DNA of 64,000 bases from Adineta vaga (lineage: Eukaryota > Animalia > Rotifera): contig CP075493.1 of the NCBI GenBank assembly GCA_021613535.1, forward strand, positions 15,190,001 to 15,254,000. Reading direction: 5' to 3'. Below are positions 26,588-37,986 of this stretch, one piece after another; within the stretch, counting starts at the first letter, position 1, and each line of letters starts with the position of its first letter. The translations under genes and the position numbers were made by a program. The notes under the pieces were generated by a model, which was not told the DNA's origin, did no database searches, and saw nothing but the letters and a program-made list of their open reading frames with translations.

Positions 26588-28317
26588 TTACAATTCATCA
26601 TCATCATCTCTGAGACGTTTCACTACGAGTATGATCACTCCATTTACATAGCGAACATCTATGGCTTTTCTTCGAATATCGTAAGCATAATTTTTCTCTA
26701 TTGCGGTGATAGGTACATCAATCTCGAATTTGCCCATTCGATGAGTGTTCATTAATTCTATAGAATCTTTGACTGTATTAATGAGTTTTTCTCCTTGAAT
26801 GATTACGAAAGTACCACGTATTGTTACTGTATAAGAATTCTCACAATGATGGACATTCTACTTCTATTTGAATATTGCCATTTTCAAATTGAAAGACTTT
26901 TACTCCAGAAACAAAATGTGAAGAATAATCGACACGCACCGAACCATCTTCAGCAAATTTCAAATTTTTCGACAAAGTTATATTCGCAGCTAACGTTGAT
27001 CTTGGACAAATAAACCATAATAGTTGTTCCTTGTCCAAGCTCAACTCTTGCACTTCAAGTTGCACATTAACATGACGTTGTGGCATTACTTTAATTGGTT
27101 TCTCTCGATTAGATGAGATCTTCGCAAGAATTCCAGAAGCCAAACTTTTTAAAAAGCTTTGCTGAGAATCTTTGATTCCATTATAAGATTTTACAGGACT
27201 TTCTTCAACGAGAACTTTACTCAGTAAAATCTCAATTTTGCGAATAATTGTATTGAGAATGTCACTATTTTTAGCGGCATTTGCTCCCCTAATCATTGAT
27301 CGAATTTGTTCAATTGCGAGATCATTGTATTTTTTTCCCGCTACACTATCAACACAAGCTATGACAAAATGTTTGAATTTATCACTCAACCAAAATCCTT
27401 GTGGCTGTTTACGTGCTCCAAACAATTTCACTAATTCATGGTTTTCAGTCTTTTCAACTTCATCAATTGTATGTAAATTGAAATAATTATGCACAAGCAA
27501 AAGTCGTTGTTCGATGTCAGTTGGACTTAAACCGTTGTCCTAAGGAGAGAAGAAAAAACAAGTTTAAAAGATGAGTGTGTCCGAAGAATCATTAATCACT
27601 TACAATTAATCTGTTGTATAAAGTCTTTAAATATAGTTGATCATCCAAAGTCAATTGATTGACAATACAAACGAAAATCCCTGCTGAACTGATTGCTACT
27701 TCTTGAATAAATGAATCACTCACTTGACGTTCATATCACCGATCTTTGAATGACTCATCACTATATTCTACTGGAGTTCGTGTACCAGCAGTGTCGATCA
27801 ATGCTAGTGGAACATTGTCTGTATCTGATAATAATGGTAAAGCAACACTTAAACCATTGGTACGTTCAGTAAAGGAATGATCGAGATTGATATTGGCTAA
27901 TAGCCGTAAGATAAAAGTTTTGCCAACATTATACCGACCCACAATATTGACAACAAAACGAGAGATATTCCTTTCGTTGCCTTGAAGTTTTTTATCGTAA
28001 GCATCTTTGCCTGCGGGATAGACCAAAGGATAAGATTTCAATTTACCAAAAATATCTGTTGGTCTAGTCAAATCGACGACAAAATCATAAGAACTGACAG
28101 GTTTTCCTGATGCATTAATGTTCTTTCCCGCAACTAACGCTGTTAAGTAATCGCCCAATGTAGGTAGAAGATCTCTCACAAAATCCCAAACATTCTTTGC
28201 TTGTTTGGTTGCTTCGATTATTAATTTTACATTGTTTAGTACAGTTGTGGGATCACTGTGAACTTGAATAAGACGAAGAAAGACGAGAAAAATGATTGTA
28301 TATTGATGCAAATACAT
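26588..28317 (-). pseudogene. Signal peptide-P-loop GTPase-Hsp20/alpha-crystallin-like protein ending DDEL; one in-frame stop and one frameshift
   Basis: MYLHQYTIIFLVFLRLIQVHS signal; G1 GRYNVGKT; G3 DTAG; TGA at 27736-27738 within a continuing frame; intron ~27603-27540; frameshift at ~26843, then ...RMGKFEIDVP...VRYVNGVIILVVKRLRDDDDEL*. Confidence 0.7.
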
Positions 28318-28804
28318 GTTCAAGGGATTGTTGTTGCTAGCAAATATGCCGTCGAGTTAATATTTTGAAACAAAAAAAGATTGTTTTTATCGGCAATGTG
28401 TGGGTTTTCTTTCTTCTCTTCCATGGTAAACGAGATTTCGACAACTGATACCTGATATGAAGAAAAATGTTTTTTTCTTGTGGTGACTCAATAGAAAGTA
28501 AATACATCATTTCCAACCCATGGTCAGGGCAACTGTCTAATTCTTGTGTTGATACTCAATCAAATTTTACTAAGTGATTGTATCTTGTTTGATGTCCTTT
28601 CTTTCTCGATTGAAAAGAAAACGGAAGAGAAAAGAAGAAGTACTACGATCATATTTTTTTCTTATGTCGAAAACACGTTTCTTTAATGTCATAGAAATGA
28701 TAAAAAAACAATTAAAATAACACGTCCTATCACATGGATCAGTGGCATTTTGTTTCGTTTCGTTCTTTCAATAAAGTCATTGTTGTGAATTTCCTTCCTA
28801 ATCG

Positions 28805-31800
28805 ATGGATCTTGATGTTCTTCCTATGAAAACAACACAAAAGCGACGCACCGACGATTGTTTGATTGTTTATTTGGATATATTCATAAATGAAGTCAAT
28901 TTAACTCAACTTTCTCAATTTAGTCTTGCGGTGAAATCATTTACTGATCCAAATGAATGTACGAATTTTATTACGCTTTTAGAGAATAAAAAGGTTTTCT
29001 GCCTTACAGTGGACTATTTCATGGATGATACCATTATCTTTCTGAATCATTCACCATTAGTCGCATTTATTTATATTATGAGTATAAATGACCTCATACA
29101 TGAGTTTTGGACAAACGATTATCCAAAAGTCAAAGGTATATATGGAACTATACACTCAGTCGTTGATGCATTAAAACGAGATATCTCATTATTTTATCGA
29201 AATACCGCTCTAGTCACTGTTATTCCTTCTGCTTTATCGTCACAATCATTAAATACTTTAGACGCAATGTTTATGTATTGTGAACTTTTGAAAGAAACAT
29301 TTCTTGAAATGAACTACGATGAGAGAGCTAAAAGTGCATTGGTTGATCTTTGTAAACGCGAATATGCTGATAGTGCGACTGCTTTACGTACAATCGATGA
29401 GTTTAATCAATATTATGAGAACCGTTCACCAACTTGGTGGTACACTCGAGACTGTTTTGTCTATCGGATGCTTAATAAAGCCTTACGAACATATGACATC
29501 GAACTTATTAATAAATTTGGCTTTTTTATCAAAGATCTTCATTATCAATTACAAAAATTTAGTTATACTTTACCATCGGAAAAATTTATTCTTTACCGAG
29601 GACAAGGGTAATGCAAATATTTTACGAGGAATTTAAATAATTTGTTTGTCGTGTAGTATGTCGATTGAAGAATTTGATAAATTGAAGAAAAATGTAGGTG
29701 GTCTTATTGCCTTCAATAGTTTCTTATCTACGAGTAGTGACAAGAATCTATCAATGAGTTATGCTTTATCTTCTCTCGACGGGATAAACATGAAGGCTAT
29801 TCTCTTCGTCATTCATGTCGATCAAACGCTAACTCCAAATGTTCTTGCGTATTTGAATGAAAATTTAAGTTATTTTCCTAATGAACAAGAATATTTGTGG
29901 GACATGAACACTGTCTTTCGAATTGGTAGAATTTTCGAAGAAGAAAATAACGTATGTCAAGTAAATCTGATGGTAACAAGTGACGATGATCTTCAATTAA
30001 GACATTTGATGGAATTTATGAGAAAAGAATCAAGGACATTATCAGGAATGCAACGATTAGGAAATCTTATGATTGACATGGGAGAATGGACCAAAGCGAA
30101 GGATCTTTATGAAACAATTTTGCGTGGAGAAGAAGGAGAAAATCTTTGTGTTATTCAACAATTAGGTTTCATCGCACATCAGATGAATGATTTAGATAAA
30201 GCACTTGAATATTATCAACAATCTCTTTCTATTATTCTCGTGACTACTCAATCGCCGAACGATCCTCGACTCGCTACTCTCTATTCTAATATTGGTTGTA
30301 TTCTTAAAGACCAAGGTCATTTCAAAGATGCAAATAAACAATTTCAACGTGCATTAGAAATTGAATTCAGCACAAATATTCCTAATCGAGAGAATATTGT
30401 AGGTAGCTCAATTGAATTTATTCATAATTTGTCTTTAACTTATCGTTTAAGGCTAGAACACGTAATAATATTGCAATTTTACTCGAACAACAAGGTCGTC
30501 GTAAAAAAGCACTTAAAAATATGAAATCGACTTTAGAAACACTTCGTGAACGTTTACCTCCAATGCATCCAGAGATTGCTGCTTCATACAATAATATTGG
30601 GACTTTGTATTACGAAATGGAAGATTATTCAAATGCTCTTCTTAATTATGAAATATGTCATGATATTCAAAAGGCATCTTTACCTCCACAACATCCTGAT
30701 CTCGTCCGTACAAATTTATACATGAAAAGAACTATGGCTATTATGCAACAACGAGAGAAAACATCGATAAAGGTAAAGAAATATCTGTTTCTGATATAGT
30801 TCTTCAAACGATTTTTGCTGTTTACTTAGCCTCTTCGATACATTGGAAGCTGCTGTCTTATTGTCGTTCTCGTGATCATCATTGGATTATTTCTATTTCT
30901 CTCAACTTCGATGAATAGAAAGATTATTCAAGTCTCAAAAAGCTCAACAATTTCTTCGCTACAAGCAACAAAATCGACGAGCAAGCTCAAATCAAATACT
31001 TGGATACAAGTAGGAAATATGTCCACTGATCGACAGCAGCATATTGCTATGTACATGCCTACGGACAATTCTGTTATGATTGTGGGAGGTTCTGATTCCT
31101 ATGGAACATTCTTAAAGAGAATGGAAAAATTCTTTTTGTCCTGCAATTGTTTTGAGAAATTTGGTCGTGACTTTTCGATCGATGGTATAGTGAAAGGTGC
31201 CGTACTTCTTCACACTGGCAATATCGTTCTTATTAATACGTCTCCAGCTAAAATTATCTTAATAGATCCAATTAATGGTACAATTGTTTCATCTTTGTCC
31301 CCATTTAGAGCAGCCAATGATACTTTTATTCCTATGTTTCTACCGGTTTCGGGTCATATACTATTAACCAATGGTAGACGTAATAATGTGAAGAGCGACA
31401 TATCTCCATATCAACTGTATGATCCTTTGTCGTTAACAATTAGCGACGTGAAAGGAGGTATAATTGCGGGAAGTGAAGATTATAGCATTTCATACATCGA
31501 TACTGTCAATCAAGTTCTTGTCACTGGAGGACGGGATACGATGATTATAGCTAATAATGCGAGGGAATTAGCTGATCTATATGATGTTGATACTAACACG
31601 GTGTCCCCTCTTGCTTCAAGAATGAACTTACCACGAGTATGGCATACATCCACCTTCATACCAACATTGAATCAGGTATTGCTTTGCGGTGGTTGCATTA
31701 GTCTGTACGCAGTAACAGGTAAATGTGAACTGTCAACTAATATTTGTGAACTATATAATCCGACTACATACAAATTTACTGTACTTCCACATACAATGGT

Positions 31801-32125
31801 CATGAATCGTTACAAACACTCAGCTGTGTATTTACCCTGGCTAGATATGGTGCTTATTGCTGGAGGAGAACGTATATTACCTGGTGGATTTACTATGAAT
31901 CAACCGTTTTTGAAGACTACAGAGTTATTTGACGCTAATTCTTTAACTTTCGTTACAGCAACCGATATGATGATACCACGTGCTTCATTTACTCTTACTC
32001 TAATGTCATCATCTGATCGTGTGCTTGCTTGTGGTGGAAACTACTATAAAATACAAATGACGACGATGACGCCATCAGACTACTGGTTAGCAACATCAAC
32101 TTGTGAAATATTTATACCATCTTGA
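28805..32125 (+). CDS. ADP-ribosyltransferase-TPR-TM-Kelch propeller fusion, 4 exons, 1053 aa
   Basis: Exons 28805-29607, 29657-30398, 30452-30772 and 30830-32125 splice in frame (3162 nt). Motifs LYRGQ, FLSTS and NEQEYL; TPRs; TM IGSCCLIVVLVIIIGLFLFL; Kelch repeats (R..H......VL..GG). Confidence 0.8.
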
Positions 32126-32176
32126 GGGTGTGGATTTTGGTAGGAGGTAAAGATGATGCCCACATTCACTTGAAAT
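32119..32176. repeat. Telomere-repeat hairpin element copy overlapping the stop codon of the Kelch gene
   Basis: ATCTTGAGGGTGTGG begins at 32119; its TGA (32123-32125) terminates the ORF. Confidence 0.65.
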
Positions 32177-33740
32177 CATGTTACGCAGATTTCACCATTG
32201 CCTTCTTTGTCAGCGTTTTGCACTACATTTTTCAGATCAATTTGAATATACATTGGAATAAATCGATTAATGTTTCTTTTCTGATTCATTTGGTTTTTAT
32301 TTATAGAAAAAGACTGAAGTAAAAAGGATTAAGCTAAATGGCCGTCTTCTTTCAAACGCTCGACAAGAACATTTAGATTATAGTAATTAATACTATTCAT
32401 TACAGTAGTGTCAAACTTGAAACTTGAATTCAACTGAAAATTCTCGCGTCAATTGAAACTTTTCAATTCCAGTTTCAAATGAGATTATCTTTAACAATTA
32501 TTTCAATTGAATATAAATTTCAAGCTTGGCGTGTATGGAAACAGCTGGTCATTATGTTCATTCTGTCGTAAAATCACTTGAGAACAGTGGCAAGATCGTA
32601 TCGCCGTACAATTAAAATGCTGCTTTAACAGTTGTGAGCATGATCTTGAAAAAGTTATCCTATAGCCGAGTAAAAGTAAGTTTTTTAAATTTAAATAAAA
32701 ATATTATTATACTTTATTTGCTTAAGACGGCAACAGAATTTTTCGCTGAAATACATCCATCATCTGGTGATGTTTACACAAATGAACAATTGCTATGGAT
32801 AATAATAACGGTAAGAAGTATCGATAGAATTTCCTTATCTATGTTTTTTTCGCTTTAGTCTCAATCTCTTTTAACTGTAATAAATAAAGATATGGGTAAA
32901 TAATTTTTTTCTATCCATAAACAAGTCTCTATCTTTATTTATTATATTTAGATGATGCTATTGAATCGTTGGCTTGATCGATTATCATCATATTCTATAT
33001 GTTTAACTTCATTCTCGACTTGTTGCGCTTAATCATCTATTCTATTAACTGTGTTTAATCGTTTTTTCTCAAATAAAGAATCATCATTTATTCTCTTTAG
33101 AAGATCAAAGAAAATCGCCCTTTTTACTATAACAAACATAAAAAAATATTTTTTTCAAACAACATAAACATTTTGTCTATTTTTCTCGAAATTTCAAATA
33201 ATATGAGTCAGTGAATGATGGGAGTGTCAATATAACAAAAAGAAAATGAGTTAATATTGTACATTAGTAAGATAATCAACTAGCTGTGAAATGAAAGATG
33301 AAATATACGTGTTAAAGGAGAGAAAGAGAAAGATAAAAGTTCTTTTATATGTGTACATACATTTACATTATCAAAAGAAGAAGATTAGATAGATTAACAC
33401 CAAATACTATCCAACTATCAGATGAAATGAATATTTATTATTATTTTTATTATGAAGAAAATAAATAATGTTTATATTAAATACATATTTGTTGAGTCAA
33501 ATGCCATTCTTCTTTTTCGTCGTTATTTAATACAAGAGCGGCTACCTTATCTCTATCTTTCAATGTTGGTAAACGATGAATAAAAAAAGTGTCCAAAAGA
33601 GAAAGAATATAAGAGCACCTTTCATTTTGTTTCACTACCTTCTTCTTATTAATAATCCTCCTTTCTTTTTTCTCAAAACAGAATCGAGAAAAGGCAAGAG
33701 CATATGGCTTATACTTTTTTTTAAATTTCGACATGATTTA

Positions 33741-33962
33741 CAGTGCTGTTCAAAATTATAAGAACAAAGCTTTTTTTTATGTATTAACAAATTTTTATCT
33801 CCCTTTTCTCTGCTTAAATTGATCTCTCAAATAGTATATATATATTCGAGTACTCGAATACATATATACTATTTGAGAGATCAATTTAAGCAGAGAAAAG
33901 GGAGATAAAAATTTGTTAATACATAAAAAAAAGCTTTGTTCTTATAATTTTGAACAGCACTG
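33741..33962. mobile_element. Tc1-like foldback MITE, 222-bp spacerless palindrome
   Basis: TA|CAGTGCTGTTCAAAATTATAAG...CTTATAATTTTGAACAGCACTG|TA; 111-bp arms with one mismatch; TA on both flanks. Confidence 0.9.
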
Positions 33963-34527
33963 TATATGGTTTTTAGTTGATCAGTGGATCTCGAATCTTT
34001 TCCATCAAATATAATTGTTACACATCAGAAACCATCACAGGACAGGACTGTGGTCGAGATTAGTTGCATTCAGGCGCTACATACAGAACTGTATGTAACT
34101 TAACCTTGTGTTTCTAAACCAATCAGATAGCATTCCGTGTTTTATCTGACGTTATTCTATAATATATTCTCGTCTTGAGCACGAATAGAGCAGAGCAGAA
34201 CAAGAACAAGACACGATTTTGACTTGCACAAAAAATGTATCTTCATCGTCATCTCATACTAAATATACAGTACTTTTCTAGTGATTCTATTGTTTTTTGA
34301 ATAGCTATTCGTATGATATTTTTCTTGATTTATTGATCGAAAATTTTGTACATGATCTAAGAATTCTGTTATTCAAACTCGATGATATATAAGATTTGAT
34401 ATTCTGATTTTATCTCATAAATTATTTTTCAGTTAGTTATGACAGATAGCTGTATTATAGCTCATGTTTGAATAAAATTTGTTTTGTATAATTGAAAAAT
34501 AACTGATAAATATGAAAGTTAATCGGC

Positions 34528-34584
34528 TGGAAGGTGTGGGTGTAGATGTTAGATGGATGTAGTACCCACACCCACCCTCAAGAT
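34528..34584. repeat. Telomere-repeat hairpin element copy
   Basis: GGTGTGGGTGTAGATGTTAGATGGATGTAGTACCCACACCCACCCTCAAGAT. Confidence 0.75.
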
Positions 34585-35269
34585 GGTTCTCTATCTTGTT
34601 TCTAAGGAACTTATTCAAAACATACAAACGAACATTCATGAGATTGTGAAACATTGTGAACAAAACAGATCTTGATAAAATTTTACTATTACACTATTTA
34701 GTTGAGGTACGATCAAATATAGCACAGAAAAATAGAGCTTCTTTTTCTTTATCAGCCTGTAAAGAAAGAAAATTTCTTCAAATCTAATATAGAGGAAAAA
34801 GGCGTCACTACCACTACTTTTGGTATGTCCATGTAATTGATTTTATTTTCACTCATCAGAATCAAAATCAGATCTAGAATCGAATTAAGTCACTCAATAT
34901 CACACAGTTATAAATAGATTGTTTATAAATAGAAATAATCATGACTGTTTTCCAGAAATGTTTTCATTGGATACTCAAAATGCGTCGAATATATTTTAAT
35001 AAGCCAAAAAAACAACACAAAGTTCTTGGTATGATCCTTTTGCCTTTTTCAAAATTATATTTCTAAGAAGGAAATTGACAGGATCTCTTCTGATGTCTTT
35101 GATGTGGATGATAGTAATTCCTCTATTGTGTGTGTTAATTAATTTATAATTGAAATCGTGTTATTAACAAAAACCAATTCCTTTCATTATGGATCCTTTG
35201 TATTTTTTAATATAAGAACAAGTGAATAAAGCTGCTACAAGAAACAGTAGTTGTCTCATTTCTGAAAGT

Positions 35270-36579
35270 ATGCAAAGGAAAATGTCTAACAATAGTAATG
35301 AAACTGTAGATTACGAAGATGTTCGTTTCTTTACATTAGAAACTCCGTTTAGTAGAGCTTTAAACTTCAGTATGTTAATCACTTGTTTAATTCCTGCAAT
35401 GATCTGTAGTCTGGTAATCTTTTATTATTTTATTCGATTAAGAAATCTACGGGAAAAGCAACAACATCATGTGTAAGTAAAACTTTTAATTATTTTATTC
35501 GATTAAGAAATCTACGGGAAAAGCAACAACATCATGTGTAAGTAAAACTTTTAATTATTTTCTTATATTTAAATAAATATAAGTTGTGTAAGATATTAAA
35601 TGATTTAAACATGTTAAATATGAAAGATGTAATCAAATAAATATATTGAAAAGAAAATATCCTTTTATCTAATTTCAACGATAATTAATTATTTTATGGT
35701 ATGCTATTTCTTAAAATGAATTAAAATAAGTAATCTATACTTTCGATATGTGACAATATTAGAAAAATATTATCTTGAAATAATCTAAGTGAAATTTGTA
35801 GGAATTAATAATATTTATATGTTCAAAAGAATAAATTTTGTTTTAGTGTAATTTTTTTATTGATTATCAATTTCATTATTATGACAACTGAATTACCAAT
35901 GACTCTTATACATCTTCATTATGGTCAACTTATTCCAGCGTCTTATTCTCTTTGTATTTACTGGATATTTTTTTGTAATTCTCTTTTTTCAGTGAGTTTT
36001 TGGATAATGACAGCTGCATCAATCCAACGATATATTCTTATCTTTCATCGAAATCTTATGAATACACATTTTAAACATTACGCTCCTTTTATTTTATTAC
36101 CTGGACTTGTTTTTATATGGTATATCGTTCTTGTTCTATTTTATCCATGTGAACAACAGTTTGATTACACTCAAGGTTGGTGTGGGGGTGCATGTTATAT
36201 ATATATAGGAATAATTGGCACTGTTGATTGGATTATAAATTCATTTATACCTATTATAATCGTAGTTATTTTTAACATTCTTCTTATTATACGAGTAGTT
36301 TATCAAAAATATAAGATGCAACGTGCTCATACTTGGCGCACTACTCGCAAACTGACAATTCAACTTTTGTCAATTTCTTTTCTTTATCTGTCAATTTATT
36401 TGCCTACAATAATCTTTGCATTGATTCGACTTTGGATTGATCCATTCTTTCTTTTTGTTTTTACTTCAGTCTACTTTCTTTATTTTGGTTACTATCCAAC
36501 ACTGTTTATGCCATTTTTATGTTTAATTAGTTTAAAAGAAATTAGAACAGAGGTAAAGAAATTATGCTTTTGTACATAA
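35270..36579 (+). CDS. Rhodopsin-class GPCR, 2 exons
   Basis: TM1 in the exon ending at 35472; intron 35473-35846; in-frame exon 2 with AASIQRY and CLISLKEIR; resembles the 10145 receptor. Confidence 0.85.
35424..35561 (+). repeat. 65-bp exact tandem duplication spanning the GPCR splice donor
   Basis: Unit ATTATTTTATTCGATTAAG...GTGTAAGTAAAACTTTTA starts at 35424 and 35489; ATTATTTT microhomology recurs at 35554. Confidence 0.9.
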
Positions 36580-36627
36580 TATCATCAAAAATTTATTTTA
36601 AATAAACATAATAATTAGAAATCATTT

Positions 36628-37507
36628 TTATAGTTCGTATTTCTCTTTATTCAAGACACTGATTGCAGATCGAAGTGATTTCATATGTTTCAAAAATTGT
36701 GTACATTGTTCATGTACAGTTTCATTGTCACGATGACAGATATCTAAGCAAAACTGAATTGTCTTTAGTTTTGGCAGCCAATTTGGATCGGATGCACACT
36801 TATACCAGACGGATAGATGATTCGCTAAAGTTGACGGTCCTCGAAATCGTAGAACTTCTACATGAGGTGGGAAAAAGGCAGATAGTTCTATTAAATAATT
36901 TTTCTCAGACAAACTACTCAGAATTAGTTCGAGAGATTTGAGTGAATGACATTGAGTCATAGTGCTTTACCAAAGCAGTCTTCTTCGTATTGATGAGTAA
37001 AATCACAACCATTAGTACTCTGGATTTTTAATTCAATGAGATTATTCATCAGAGATGTTTCTTCTTGAAATTGGATAAAATGATCACAAGCATCATTCTC
37101 AATAATAGTTAGTTGTTCTAGTTTACTTGGCTTGTCCCGACTTGCCAAATTGAAGGTCAAACTACAGCAATAATCAAGTTTTAAAGAAGTAATGGTGTAT
37201 AAATGAGCTGTATTGATAGATTCACCACATGCACTTCCAATGATTAGTGATTGTAAAGGCCACGATGAACCAATTTGGTCTAATGGTATTATATTGCAAG
37301 TTTCATCGTATCCACTATGCATTTCGAGATGAGAAATATTCTTCAGATCTTGCTTAAATTATTGAGAAAATTTGACTGTTGTGTGTCAGTAGTTGGACTT
37401 AGATCGATGATGAGTGCATGGCGAAGATGAGATGGATACGATGTGTTTACTTCTGTAGCAGTAGTAGTTGGTCCGTTGTTGAGAGATATAGTTGTTGTGG
37501 TTAGCAT
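36628..37507 (-). pseudogene. LRR-like gene with two frameshifts
   Basis: Leucine-patterned segments (ITSLKLDYC, LEQLTI, LKSLELIL, LPKLKTI) are split across frames at ~37350 and ~36958. Confidence 0.55.
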
Positions 37508-37986
37508 TCTACATATCCAAGAAGAAGTAATGAACTGTTAGATGAATCCTACTTATTGATAACTTCGAATTTACTTGTTTTGTTAAAGGCTGTTTTATAC
37601 TATGTAATAAAAAACAATAATAATGACGAAAGAATAGTCGTGAATCACTATCAAACATGATGATGTAAGTATTTTTTTATCTTTTCACATTCTAAAGTCA
37701 ATAGTTATTCAATATCGAAGAACGCAAATGATCGCACATGCATTTTACTTTTATTTTGTAAACTAAAAATTCAGCGTGAAGTGAATCTCGAGGTATGGAC
37801 ACATGAGAGTGTTGCGGATATTCATGTAAGTGTGTAAATAAAGGATAACTGCGTCCACATGCTTCATCCTCGCCCACAGCCTCAAGATTATCATCAGTAG
37901 GTAAAACGATGGAGATCCAGAATAAAAATAATGATAAAAAAAAACTGTAAGAGAAAAAGTTAATCATTGAATAGAGATACTGTCTA

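Noticed and set aside
27736-27738. In-frame TGA as selenocysteine or programmed readthrough
   Set aside because: The same gene also has a frameshift, the position is not in a redox motif, and no SECIS was recognised.
32590-33000. Short exon-like pieces with GT-AG borders
   Set aside because: They contain stops and no recognisable domain; too weak to call.
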